This document shows, one piece after another, positions 21,391-35,300 of a stretch of 64,000 nucleotides of DNA. This stretch comes from Camelus ferus (taxonomy: Eukaryota), in contig NC_045697.1 of assembly GCF_009834535.1 (NCBI RefSeq), positions 91,824,001 to 91,888,000 on the forward strand, given 5' to 3'. Within the stretch, counting starts at the first letter, position 1. Every line of letters starts with the position of its first letter. The notes below the pieces were generated by a model that was not told the DNA's origin, made no database searches, and saw nothing but the letters and a program-made list of their open reading frames with translations. The position numbers and the translations under genes were made by a program.

Positions 21391-24300
21391 CCTATGAGCA
21401 GGGGAAACTAGACGAAGCACAAAGGAAAAGAAAAAGGTTAGATTTATTTTATTACCCAGATTCTATTTTTATTTCCCAGGAATTGTTATTGGGCTTTGCT
21501 GGTGTCAAAACCATGACTTGTAAAGAAAAATGGTGTCATGAATGTGATACAAACCAGAAAATATAATTTGAGGTTTTTTTCTGGAAGTAGTGATGAGTTT
21601 TCACATGTATGTGTGTGTGTGTTTGTGTAAATCTCATGGAACCACACTTCCCTGGTCTTCTCCATGACTGATATGAATTGAAATCCCCATTACAGCTATA
21701 TCAATATCTGCACACCATCTCACCCTGTCATCTATATATGGTGTATACATGACACACACACATATATTTATACTGACTTACATTCTTTTACTCCCTTATC
21801 TCCTGGTCTTTCACATGACTAAGGAAAAAGATTTCCAAAGTAGCTGATTCTTATCAGCAATATGGCCTCTGTAAAAGCAGACTCTCTCATGTTACAGCAT
21901 TTATTTTTTTTAGTTTAGTATCACTGGCCAATGTGTACAGATGGGGCCCCTGGCTAAGTTGGTATATGATACGCAATCCATCTTAGCTTGTTGAGCTCAA
22001 AAGCTTCATCTACCTGGAGGAGAGAACACCCTTTTTTCACCTATGTGAAGATGCCATGGCAGAGATGTGTTTTTGTAAAAGGGGAAATGTTCTGATTTGA
22101 ACAACACCATTTTATGGTCTAGCAATGACCTTACTTGTATCATGACCTATCAATTTAGCTGATGAATTAGGTACTAGTATTTTTCATACAAATTCATAAA
22201 AAATGGTAATATGTGGGTGATGAAGAATCAGACAGAATGGATTATTTTCAAACAGAAAAAATAATGAAAAGATGTGAAACTTTGTAAAATGAAGCTAAGC
22301 CAATAAAAGGGGGAATTCAGATGTCACCAAAGAGAAATGGTATAACCAAGAATCTTTGAGTTAGAAATTTAAAATATAATTCAACCAATTTTACATCATA
22401 GATTCCATCATATTGACCACTATATACATAATAAGGGAAATCATTATAGAAATTTATTTCTCCAGATTTGAGGCTTTGGAAATATATTCTGAAATACAAA
22501 TATGTAGAAGTCATATAGATTAGAATGGGGATTTTTTTCCTTATACAAATAGGTAGATGAAAGTTAGGTTAAGAATATATTATTTTAAATGCTCTATACC
22601 AACAATATGAACCACTGGTCTTTAATCTTAAAATACAAAATAATGTGGAAAACTTTAAATAGCCTCAATTTTGTACTTTGCTTTACATATGGAGTCCCCA
22701 GACTAAATGAAGCTCCTTATAAACAGCTAGTAGCTTGTGGGTGATAAGCTGACCATCTTGAAATTTTCCCCATCAACAGGATTTTTATTTCTGGGTTCAC
22801 CATCTCAAAGGCAGGTTCAGTGAAGGCACTAGGGACCAAACAAGAAGAGACATCAAATAACCTCCCACCATGAAAGCTGGTCCCTCTAAAAGGGGCTACA
22901 GAGGAGAGAAGACAGCTCTCTGATTTTACTCAGTACATAAATAGAAGAATTCAGGCTTCAAAAGAGACCACCTGCTACCCTTTATAGGTGCTAAGAAATA
23001 CCAAAATTATAAGTACAAGAAGTATGATACTCTAAATAGAGAAGGGGAAAGAATGGTAATGAACTTTCAGAACAGACAACAGGATTGCACTGGTTGCTAT
23101 TAAAAAGACACAACTACAGTCAGAGAAGCATTTTCCCAAATTGTACAGGGAGGGATGCCATAGTGCTCCAGGGTAATGCTTTTAACTTGTAATGAGGCAT
23201 TGTTAAAAATACTCCTTTTTTGTGTCTACGGGTCTGAGGGATCACTCGTCATAACATGCACTGCTTTTTTTGTGTGATTGTGTGTGTGTGTGTGTTGGAG
23301 GAAAATTCATTTATTTCATAATGTTTCATTCCCGAGGGGAAGCCAGGTAAGAAGAGCTGTTTTGTTGTATGAAAGAGTATTTTATATAATATTAAGTGTA
23401 GGAGTTTATTATTTTGTAGACAGACTCACATTTCAGGGCAAGACCAGTATGCACCTCAGTGTATTCTGGTAGAAACATCCTGTAGAGATCTCCAAATAGC
23501 AATTCCCTCAAGTCATAGCACTGAAAAGTATCTTATTCTCAGCAGAGAGGCATTATTTCCAAAACATGCTCTGAGCTATAAGATTAAACTGTAAATCTTA
23601 ATTCTCCTAGTGCCCAGGTACTGAGGGGGTTTGTTGATATTGAATAGAAGCACTAAATAGAAAGTTATACATTAAATTTTTTAAAACTGTTACACTTGAA
23701 ATTTTTTCTTTTGCATAGTGTAAGACACACATCTATTCGTGTATTCAGGTACTGAAACATATGTATAATAAACCATACATTTCTGTATTCCAAAGTAATA
23801 ATCCTAAAAACGTTATTTGGACCAGAAGAATAGAAAGAAAATCAATAAGCAAATTAATTAATGAACTGGTTGAATTCATGACAATTTGTAATTCCTTGTG
23901 CAGATATAATCTGGCATGGATATATCAGTCACAGCAAACTTTGTAACTGTCAACCTCATCACAAATATCACACATACACATGGTGTATTTCACATTTCTG
24001 GAATTGTCTGGTTTTGTACTTCTTAATCTAATCTAAAAAGCAATTTTAATTGATTAGAACATGTAAAAAGTGAAGCGTTTGCAAGCACTAGGGACTTTTT
24101 AATCCACATGGCCAGTGTTAGGTAAAAGTAAAGCAGGATGCTTTAAAAACAAAGAAATTTCAATCAGGGCAAATATATTCCTTCTAATATTAAACTTGAA
24201 ATTTTTCTTAGTTGTAATATGCTATTTGTGATAACTTGGATTATCACACTTGAGGAGGAAACATCCTTAATACACTAGGTGTGCCTTAGTTGAAGGCTCC

Positions 24301-26919
24301 ACCTTTTCTTTTCTGCTCAGTAGACTGTGAAATACTAAATCATCAGGTCACATGCTGTGCACTGACTCCTAATATTTCTTATATTGTGACTCTTGTCTAA
24401 AGCTAGTGACCTGCTTTGCATCTGAATGTATGTGATCAACTTATATATACTGATGCTAGAAATGAGAACTGATGGTTTTTATAAGCACAGTTGAGAGACT
24501 GTTCCATCTAAAATGCTGAAAACTCTGGTTTAATATATGAAAAGGAAGCAGCCAAAGAAAGTTTTTTTTTTCATGTTCTACGCTTCACGCTGAAGCCTTT
24601 CATAAAAAAGGTGAGATAACAGACAGCAGATGGATTTATCTTTTTACTTAGCTGCAAAACTACAAGTCAGTTTCACATAAACAGATCTTTCAGCCAAAGA
24701 TAGCTTGACAGTAATTCTCTAAGATTCATCAGATCAAGGAACATGATTATGTCTGATGACATGAAATAATGTAAAAGTGGAAGACATCACATGATTTCAA
24801 TATATTAGGCTAGATAATCCATTAAATACAATCTTTTTAATGAAGATGCTTTTCGTGTACCGTTTACTCTTTAGAATGGTACCTAATTCTCATACCTTTC
24901 AGAAAAATCTGAAAGCGTTATTAAAATAGCTTCCAGGTTGCAAACAATATTAAATGTTTTTTTTTTTTTTTAGCTTTTAGGAACATCAGAAATCAGTGTG
25001 AGGTTTTAAAAAATATTTTTATCTTATTTATTAGACTAACACTTGTACATTAAAACTGTACATAGAATTTAGGCTATTAAGTTTCTTTTAAGAAAAAAAA
25101 CAAGACGTGATATGCATAAAGCACTTAATCAATTGTAGTTTAAAGCTTTTTTTACCTCTCTATAATATTTGGAGGCAGACTCAAGCCGACTCCAGAACAA
25201 TGATGGAGAGAGATTCTGTGCATTACAGCAGGGCTCTCAGGCTGCACTTAATTCTGGTATAATGACATCTGGCCAACGTTCTAAGATGAAATTTTCAATA
25301 AATGCTGGCAACTAACACAATTCATTATGGTTTCTTCTGATAAAGGATGTGGGCAAAAATTGCTTTGGCTCTAAAAAAGCTTTCACTTCATTATGAGACT
25401 GGATCAATCACCATCAGCAGAAGATACTCATTGGGCTGCTTCTTTTGCAGCTGTTATGCACTTTGTTATCAGGGCCTGCTGAAGGCACTAAGAAATTGTT
25501 TCTATTAGGCAGGCATTATTGCTAGACTCCTCTAAACTAAATTTGTTTTAAATGTATTTCTTCAGTAAAAAGATGGAACAATCAATCTGAACTGAGGCCA
25601 GTGTGAGATCACCTCCTTATCCCTACAAAAGCAGTGCCACTTAGATGGCATTTTATTTGTATTTCTGCACAAAAATAAATACAAATACATATTTCTCACT
25701 AAACTGAGAAAGGGAAGTCAAGTTACTCAGTGATCACTATGCATTTGACACAAGTGGAGTGGTTAAATTTCATGTCCAGCACATCTCTCCTCTTTTTAAT
25801 GTCTTTTCTCATAAGGAAAATTTCAATGCTTGTCTAGGCAGAGGTTGCAGTATAAACTAAAGCTTGAAACCACAGCAACCTGGCTCATCATTTCATGTCT
25901 TTTCCATTGATTTTGTGTCTGCATTTTTGGGATCACACAAGGAAATAATCAGATAAAACTTGAAATAAAGGTTTTCAGACATTGGAATGGGTTTTAATGA
26001 TCACCTCACCAAAGACAATCTGATGTATAAGTGTTATTTTGCATTCACATTCAGGGTAAACACAGCATATCATAGCAGATTCCTTTGGACAAGCTGTATT
26101 TAAATTTTTACTGGTTTCCTCTCTCCTGAGTTCTCTAGAAAAAAAAGTTGCAGAATCTTATATTACTCAGAGTGTCAGTTAATCCCTTCACTCAGATTTC
26201 CTTTATTGTCAAAGAAAAATTCAAAAGGTCATCTACCATTTCATAAGTAGTTTATTCTGAATGTGCCCAGAGGCAAGTACATAAATTAGAATATATGAGT
26301 ATGTGCAAGGGTTCTCACATGTTAAAGAAGTGTGAATTATTGCACATGGAAGAGATATTTGAGAATAAGAATGCTGCAGTGATTGAGAGTGACAGATAAA
26401 AAATTCCCAAACAGAACTTCTGAACCACCCCAATATTCAACATGGGATTTTGCTTTGCTTTGCCACCTCTCCACCAGCAAAATAAGAGAGGCAATTTACC
26501 ATCCCTTGTCCAGTTGCTTAGTATTTCATAACTGCTAAGGACACTGAAGCATTATTGGATAGGCGTATATTATTCAACCTTCTTTAATGCTTTGATATAT
26601 AGTAAATAATTGGATAGAAAATATAGCTGGAAAACTTTTTTAAAGTAGATAATTTTCAACTCTCTCATAATACCATGTTAGTGCTACATAGGAGTCTTGT
26701 CAGAAAATGTATTTTGATAAATTGGTAGCATTTATGGGTTTCTCTGTAGGCCCAAAATGAAATAGAATTTTACATGTTTGGTATAAATGAATACCAGTTT
26801 CACTGTCATTTCTGTCAGTTCTCGATAAAAATTAATCGACATACTGAGTGAAACACTTCTGAAGGTTTGCTGAATGGTTAAAGACGAAAACAGAGTAGGA
26901 CAGAGGGTTTACATATTTA

Positions 26920-27300
26920 TACTGGTTTAGGTAACGTCATAAATATAACAAGTGAACATCACATAGCAGATGAATCCTGAAGTGTTTTAATGGCTCAGAA
27001 ATACAGAGGTCATTCCAGTCTGTTGAAGTGTTTTGCTCCACACAGTCATTCACAGATTTAGGCTAATAGAGTCTCTGCCATCTTCAGCTGAAGCTTTGAG
27101 GTTATATGAACATCCAGCAGGTGGCAGGGAAAAGATTATGGATGGCTGTAATGGGCCAGGCCTGGAAGTGTGACATTTACTTCCACACATATTTTGTTGG
27201 CTAGCACTCAGTCACAGTGCCACGGCTAATTAACTGAGGCTGAGAACAGTAGTCTAGATTTGTCCAGGAAAGAAGAGGTGAACGTCTGGTCTAGGCAACA
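26920..27300 (-). mobile_element. Old MaLR LTR (MLT1J/K/L-like)
   Basis: tgctccacacagtcattcacag...ggccaggcctggaagtg...ttttgttggctagcactcagtcaca. Confidence 0.7.
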
Positions 27301-28643
27301 GTATTCGTAGGACTATGGGAAGAAAAGCAGAACTTGATTCATCTGGATGCTAGAGATATTGCTGTAGGTTATGAGATGGGAATTTTAAGGATAAAACTTC
27401 TGAGATTGGGACAAGAAGGTGGAATTAAATCTGAATTAAAAAATGATTAAACAAAGCTTGAATTTAATGATTGGCCATCTCCTGTTCTCCTCATTCTCCT
27501 TTCTTCTTTTCTCCTCCATTTTCTGTTGAATTGTAAATTATATCACAAGCTGTAAATACTTTCTAGTTTGATTCAGCCAATGTTTAGGTATTTTCAGTAA
27601 TAGTATCTAAATTTTATAAATATTTATTTATACTTATATATTAATATGTGGGCCTTTGTTAAAACTGAAATATTATATAGAATCTTAGTTTGCAAATTAT
27701 GCAAAATTGGACCTGTTTTGGTTGAAGTAGGGACCCAGAGGCTCTTCCATTCAGCTTGCTCTTAGTCTTCGCTCCCCTCCCATATCAGACCTTAAAGCGT
27801 CTCTAAGAGACAGAGTTGAATCAGTTGTTCTACATTAATATCACCAAGAGTCACATGGTAACAGCCAATTTGTATGTGCTTAATCCTAAATTCAGCTGCC
27901 ACTATATCCCCAAGTTTTCCAACCTATTTGGGTCATTCTACTGTGTGATGTTTAAGTTAAAAATGATTAAATCCCTTATCTATCTCAACTTCATATATGA
28001 TGTACTAATCAGTATTTCTGAAGAATCTCAGAATCCGTTTCTTCGAATCATTTCTTATTCCAGTTTGTTAAGTCTGATGAATTCTCCATTGTTCTTTTTC
28101 ATTTATAATCTTTTCCATTTTCTTCTGTTTGTTCTGAGTTGATCCAAATGGGTAATAGAGCGCCTATGCCATGATTTTCATCTTGAAATTCAGATAATTG
28201 CGTGAATAGGCTTTTACAGAAGATGAGGGATCATTTGGAGGAAGGCTGTGTTTCATCAGAGCACAGTTCAGAAACAATCTATTTTGATCATTAACCATCT
28301 CTATCCTTATATTCTTAAATGTGGCTAAACCAGTTCCAGGAACTTCCCACTAGCTGTTTTTCTTCCTCATGTCCCAGCTTCCAGCCTTTCACCCCTACTC
28401 CTCACATTTCCTCTGCTTTTCCAGGTTCTTAGTGCTACTGTCACCCTCTCTTTGTAGGGCAGCTAGTGGAAACTCAAATCCCACCCCCTCCTTTTTTTTC
28501 CATTTTGCAGTATTCTTTGTCTCATTCATAGTCAATTCTAGTCATGCCAAGGAAACTGTCTATTCATATATAAAATAGCCTTTTAAGGCTATTATTTGCT
28601 AAACAATACATTTCTTTACCTAAGAATTTTTCCACTAGCTTTT

Positions 28644-28743
28644 TATTTATTTGTTTGTTTATGTATTTTTTATTGAGGTATAGTCAGTTTACCATGTTGT
28701 GTCAATTTCTGCTGTACAGCACAATTCCTCAGTCGTACATGAA
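28644..28743 (-). mobile_element. Very short (~100 bp) young L1 3'-end insertion
   Basis: L1 3' terminus tttattgaggtatagtcagtttaccatgttgtgtc. TSD tccactagctttt 28631-28643 / tccaccagctttt 28744-28756 followed by AA (TTTT/AA site). Confidence 0.9.
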
Positions 28744-29399
28744 TCCACCAGCTTTTAAAGAAACACTCCCTACCCCTCTCCCCCACCCCAATCTGAGGCT
28801 TATACAAAAAGAGGCTTTTAGACATTAAGATTTTCTCTTTTGCAATTCATGATTAAAGAAAGAAATACTGAAATGAACACATAGTAGGACCTATATACAG
28901 AGACAAAGAAATTAGATAAGAGATATTAAGACAATAAAGTCGATGTCTGGATCTCAGTAGAGACAGTAGATATACACAGGTATCATCCTCTACATTGTAA
29001 TACCTCCTTTCTCGACTTTCATTATTTTCTCTACTATCTCTTGGGTTTCAAACTTTCTTTGCATTATTGTACCCATTGAATGAATAGTGCATTTTTAAAA
29101 TAGAGGGGTGGGTTGCTCTTCAAATATGTTAAGCAGGAATCTTGACTAGGATGCTTAAAAAGAAAAACTCTTGTTGATATATAACACTTACGATTTTTAT
29201 GATCTCACTATGCTCACATTTCTTGCTCTATTATGGCTCTCTGGGCTCTCCATCTGATTTCCATAATGTATGTTCACAGTGCACATGTTTATTACAACAG
29301 ATTGCTAAGTTAACTTATCATGGCTTTTCTGCATTTATATTTTCTCCTGATTTAAAATTTTAAGAGACACCAAGGCAACTTTGACAGTTACCTAATAAA

Positions 29400-29960
29400 G
29401 CTGAAATTCTGTTACAATTGGAGTATCCTGAGACCCTAACTGCCTTTGGCTCTATAAACGCATGTTGTATGCTAGTGTTGCATTGATCAGAATGAGTGTG
29501 CCTGCAGTGAGCCCTGGGCATGCTCTGGGCTGTGAAACTTAAGGGGAGTAAGGGACGGTGTAATCACTGTGAGAGCAGCTTAGATACAATCGATCGATGC
29601 TCATGACACTAACAATGAACCTCTCTCTAGAGGGGCATATTGCAGTTGTGAAGTCAAGCAAGTATAAGTGTGATGGGGTGGAACTTCAGTTTTTCTCCAA
29701 GTAGAGAAACTACTCTGGAGGTCACAGCTGATGAATGATCAACTGCTCCATTCTTTGGGGTGTCTGCAAAGATGGGCTAGTATTTACAAAAACCTATTGA
29801 TAATTCCATGAAAGGTCTTTCTTAATTCTAAATATATACCTTTGCTCTGGGCTATTAGAGAAAGGAATCTAATTTAAAAGAAATTTGGCTTTCTGTAATC
29901 AATGTTGGGAACAATTACACTAAAGCTCTCTCTGGAAAGTGAAATGCTGATGGTCCAATG
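29400..29960 (+). mobile_element. CR1/L3 fragment
   Basis: Degenerate CR1 3' ORF2 motifs (gcattgatcagaatgag...tgctctgggc...ttaagggg). Confidence 0.4.
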
Positions 29961-29989
29961 AGTTTGGGGTAGAAGGAGCTTTTAGAAGT

Positions 29990-31050
29990 TAACATAGTGG
30001 CTTCTCCTGTCGTGTTTGAGTTCTAGTGGCCGCTTCAACCTCCTGGTGGAACATCTCAGTGATGAGAAGCTTACCTTCTTGCAAGGTCCAGTTTTATTTC
30101 CTTGGGAATTATACTGGGCTGAAATTTGTCTTTTTATTACTTACAGTTTTAGTCTTAGTTTTGACATTTGGAGCTACTGCTCAGTTCATTCTAATCTTTC
30201 TTTTGAAATCTTTCAAATATTTGAATGTAGCTCTTATATTCCTATTATGCCTCTACATTTCCAGTCTTTGTTAATTCTAATAGTTCTCAAACGACATAAT
30301 TTATAGGAGCTTTGTTATTTTTGATAGTCTATGGATAACTCTAGCATGTCAATATCTCTTGAAATGTGGAGCCCAGGACAAAATGTAGTGTTCTGCATGT
30401 GGAGGGAAAAATTCACAGTACAGTGGAAGTATCCCTTCTTTTTTTGATATTGATATTTATCTACAACTCAAGTTAATATGAGCTATTTTAGAAGCCACAT
30501 ATCATTGTTACCTTCTGATGAACATTTTAAAACAAGAACTGCTCTTGTATTAGGTCTCTCTCACTCTGAAATTGTACAGTTGACTTTTTGAGCCATTATT
30601 CTGTCTTTATTCCCATCAAGTTGCATATTGTTAGTTACAATCCACTCTTCTAACTCAAGAATTTTAAAATTTATTGTCAATTATTGTCAGTAAATGGATC
30701 CATTCCTTAAGTTGGAGTCACCCATACTGTTGATAAAAATGCCTATATATTTTGTAAAAAATAAAAAATTCACTGATAAAAGTTGGAACAGGGCAGAGTG
30801 AAGTATATATCTCAGTTGATATGAATATATTTACTGTTTGGATATAGCTCAGGCAGCTATCAGTCCCTTGAATTCTGCTGTCATCCAGCCTCCAATTCTT
30901 CTAGAGCATCATAGGCAAATTGGTCATTTTTTTTGCTGAAATTAGTATCTACTCTGTGTAGGTTATTCTTCTTTACTAACGTAGAAATTCTAAGGCAAAG
31001 GAAATGAAATTGGCATGATTTGTTCTCAGTGGAGCCACTGTAGTTGCTAG
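29990..31050 (-). mobile_element. CR1/L3 fragment (further pieces ~31700-32100)
   Basis: gaacatctcagtgatgagaagcttaccttcttgcaagg, cttgaaatgtggagcccaggac and cttaagttggagtcacccatactgttgataa are typical of L3 revcomp. Confidence 0.7.
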
Positions 31051-31253
31051 TAATTAGTTTTATCTCAAAACTGCCCACAAAACAGCAATTTGAAAGTTTA
31101 TTCTCAAAAATTTTTGGAGATGGATAAAAGGAAACAGAGAGAGGATTGCAGGGACAAGGGCACTTAGCAGAAAGACCCACAAGAAGTTGGATCTACATAA
31201 AGGACTCCATTCTAATTCTTACTGGTAGGGGAAGATTAACATACATATACTTT

Positions 31254-31592
31254 GAGTCTTAGCTTGAGCTACTCTGGCAAATTATCATAGACTGCGTGGC
31301 TTAAATGATAAATACTGATTTCTTACAATTCTGGAGGCTGGGAAGTCCGAGATCCAGTGTCTAGTGAGGTTCTGCTTCCTGATTTGCAGATTGCTGTCTT
31401 CTTTTTGTATCGTCACATGGTGACGAGCGGTGGGGGGGGGTCTCTCCTGTCTCTTCTTATAAGGGCACTAATTCCATTCCTTCCACTCTTATAACCTAAT
31501 TACCTCTTAAAGGCCCCTTCTAATACATTCACATTGGGGAGTAAGATTTCATCGTATGAATTTTGGGAGACACGAACATTCAGTCCATAACA
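31254..31592 (-). mobile_element. MLT1A-like MaLR LTR
   Basis: catagactgcgtggcttaa...ttctggaggctgggaagtccgagatc...tcttataagggcactaattcc...aacattcagtccataaca. Confidence 0.9.
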
Positions 31593-32149
31593 TCTCGTCT
31601 CAGTAAGATTGGCTTTGGAAGAAGCCAGACCCTGATGGATTCATTGCTGAGTTCTCCCATGAGGAACAGGAGTATAATGAAAAGCCAGAGCAGGAAGCCA
31701 GGAGATGGAGGCAGAGACTGATAGAATATATCATGTTATAATTTCCAAAATCCACTTTCTCTCACTTTTGAAAATTAGGGAGAATTTTGACTATTTTCAG
31801 TTTTTCTGCATCTTGTCTCATTGTCTAGGTATTTCCCAGTAGCTATTCTCCAGCTGTATGTGAATCTTCTTTTACTGCCTTTGCAAATGTTTCATTTGTG
31901 CTTGAGACTTAAAGCTATTTAAAAGCAATTTGGCTTTCTCTTACCCTTTTCTTATCTAGTTGAGACTCCTTTCCCTGGTAACCAAGTCTGTTATATCATT
32001 TCCAATTTCAGGGTCACTCTTTTTATTAAAAAAGTGGAAGTAAAATAGAAATTGAAAAGCTTTGTTTCTCTCTGCTTCTGGTTATCATTATATCATGTAT
32101 CTTATTCTCGGAGACTATACCTTCCCTTTTTCCAAGCACTTAAATAAAG

Positions 32150-32390
32150 CAACTGTTCACCGTGCGCTAACTCTATAACATATATGGAGCTAAGTGTTTT
32201 ATTTACATTATTTTTATTCAATCTTCAAAAACGCAATGAAGAAGTATTTTTATTTTTATTTTACAAATGCAGAAACCATAAATAACAGAAATTGGTAGAT
32301 TTGCCAAGGCCACAGTTAAAGAAACAGTAAAGCCAGACTTAGAGTCAGGTCTGTATGTCTTAAAATCTTATTCTCATAAGCAATGTATAC
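32150..32390 (-). mobile_element. MIR
   Basis: ttattcaatcttcaaaa...attttacaaatgcagaaac...ttgccaaggccacag. Confidence 0.7.
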
Positions 32391-35300
32391 TATGCTGTCA
32401 TTTTATAATTTTTAGCATTTTAAAGCCTCACTGTAGGGCTTTTGCCATCCTAATTATATTCTTAATCTTTTCCCCCCAGGCTTGTGATAATGTGTTTTGT
32501 CTGCTTTGGCTGTAAGACTTTCCTTCCATTTTTTTAATGCATGCCTTTTAAAAATCCAAGTTCATTACGTTGATCTATTCATAGGTAGATTGGTTTCTTA
32601 TGACAATCCTCTGTGATCCTTTATTTAGACTATATTTGCAGGATGATTTTTAAAATCAGCTCATTCCACTTGAGGCACATATCTAAACTTTAGGAACTGA
32701 TATCCTTTATAAATGACTTTAAGTCATCAAAGCAAATCTGTACTCAGTGGAGCCAGTCCCCAGTGGTTCACCCTAGTGCTTTCATTAACAAGATGCTTCA
32801 TGGGAGTGGAGGCCATTCTAAAGGCATCAGGTAAGCAAACCAGGGCCTGTGACCAACCCCTCTAAAGACTGAAGACTGAATTTACTGTAACCACATACAG
32901 AGTAGCACACAGCTACACACACCTGTCACTCAAACTCACCTATTTAAATGTATTGGTTAAACTAGCATCTGCCGGGATGATGCTAGTGTGGTGATAATTA
33001 CCTGGCTAATTCTGATTCCTGATAGTATAAGTTAGGAGAAGATAGTGTAGAAAGGTTGACAGATTTTATTTTATACAGTAGAATTTTAGGATTAGTCCTT
33101 ACCAGGTTATTGCTCAAACCTCATTTTCAGACTTTTCTAAACATGTTACCTAGGCAGAATTTAGTTTTGGGGGGGAATCTAGTCATTAAAAATATTTTGT
33201 GAATTAAAAAACATGGATAAACTTGCCACTTTTTAGATGACAGCGTGACTCTCAAAATAATAATTTTTTGTTTAAATTCAAGTTCTCTGACTAGAAAAGA
33301 ACAAAATTTTGCAAATGTAATCAACAGATACACCTACTTACTAACCTAATTTTTTAGCTTACATCTAAAGGTAAAGTTTTTGATCTCTCTCCCTTTTAAA
33401 TGGATTCAATGGTTAGTAATTAGACGTAAGTGTATAACTTTCCAATTTTTCTACAATTGTCCTGACAGTAATTCTTTGGGAAGCCCATATACCTAGAGGT
33501 AACATTTTTCAAGCACTGAAACATGTGTAGCACTTTAATTTCTTAATATCTAAGTGTTCACTATGTGCATAAAATGTGACTTAAGATAGGAGAAATAGGA
33601 CTGAAGTGAAGCTCCTAGTTAGGGTGGGCACTTGACCATCTGACTCTGAGCTGTGAAACAGGAATAGTGATACTACTTACTTCATATGGCTTGGTGAGGA
33701 ATAGATGAGAACTCCTTTCAGATAAAACTATAAAGACATTCCTTACATAAAATTTGGCCTCAGATTCTGAGCACACCTGGTTGCCACTTTAGTCCCATGA
33801 AAGTTGTGCTGTGTCTTTCTCACAGCCCGCATCCAGTGTCTACAAATCCCTTGCTCTGATGTAATTCAGTAGAGAGCATCATCTTCCCAGTCAGGTGTAG
33901 AAAGACATCCACAAAGGAGCTCCTCATTGAGAGTGTCTCTTGTGTGAATCAGCACATTGTGTTCATTAACACAGCTCAGGATAATCAGACCACAGAGCCA
34001 AGAGCATACTGGAAGAGGTCCAGAATTCTCTAAAGCCACATAGATGGAGGCAGATTGGGATATATCTGGAAACCACAGTCTGCCTACTAAATACTACCTG
34101 CTTTCCCTGCAATCACTGATTAGGAGAGAAAATAGACACTGCCCCCCACCCCTGCTCAAAGAACTCTCATATGAAGTCAGAAAGAATCATCTCCCTTTGC
34201 TTTATGTAGATCATAGGAACATTCTCAAAAAATCAATGCTGCATGCAATTATTTTCTCTTACCCTCTGTTCTTCTGAAAGACACCACTTGGCAGGAGGTT
34301 TTGCCACTTTCAGAAGGTTCAGGGCCTAAGTGGGTAGCAGGCTGCCTCAGTGGAGATTTATCATGTAGAATAATTCATTGAGCCATATGTTCCAATGAAT
34401 ATATACAGAATGTTGTAAATACATCCAGTGAATTTCTTATTTGCTACCAGAGGGAATCCATCTTTCACATTTTCCAGCAGGGCACTTGACTGCAGATGTT
34501 AGAAAATATTTTGCTTTAAGTTTTGTTCTGACTGTTCCCTCTGGTATGATTTACCTGGTTTTTATTTTCTGCTAAAGTCTAAGCTTTATGTGAATATTTC
34601 ATTTAGAAATGCCATAAGCACCCTTGGGTATTCTTGGGCTGATAACTTCCACCAGAATAATCTCTCCTGACATTTGCCTATCGTAACAGAGTGGCAATGC
34701 CTCATACGCCACCAGTTTAGGCACTTGTTTCCACGTGATGCAGGAAAGCATCTGATTTTAACCCTGAATTCAAGTGACATAACAAGATGTTCTTTGAATT
34801 GTTAGAGGTCTTTGATGCAGATTTAGTCATGCTCAGACAGTCCAGTCCATGTGGCTCTTCTGTTTCCACCTTCTAAGCCAAGCCCATGGTTGTTCCCTCA
34901 GAATGACATTAACATCAGTTATTCTACCTAGATCTCAACTCAGTGTCAGCTGAGATCAAACTTAGCAGCTATATTTTGATTAGTGACCAGGAGGAGAGGG
35001 AGTTAATGTTGGAGCATGGATACTTTTAAATAAGTTTGCCCTAAGTAGGGTTGGGCATTTTGGAGGCAAACATAATAAAACATGGTCTGGAACTGGGAAG
35101 AAATAGAGTTAAGAAGGAAGTAGGAAGGACTAAGGAATAATTGTTTCTGCCTCTATTTTGTAGGAGATCCTAAAGATAGTTTGTGAGCCACTGAAGATTG
35201 CTTCTGCTCTTTTCATATGTGTTCATAGTTAGTTGCCAAAGCATAAACTTGGATGTCAACACTACTTTGAACCCTTGAAAACTGAGATCCATTCTTATTA

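Noticed and set aside
25654..25688. Inverted repeat tatttgtattt / aaatacaaata
   Set aside because: Low-complexity AT-rich arms, likely chance.
32961..32987. 9-bp-arm hairpin actagcatc / gatgctagt
   Set aside because: Short enough to be expected by chance in 64 kb; too short for a pre-miRNA.
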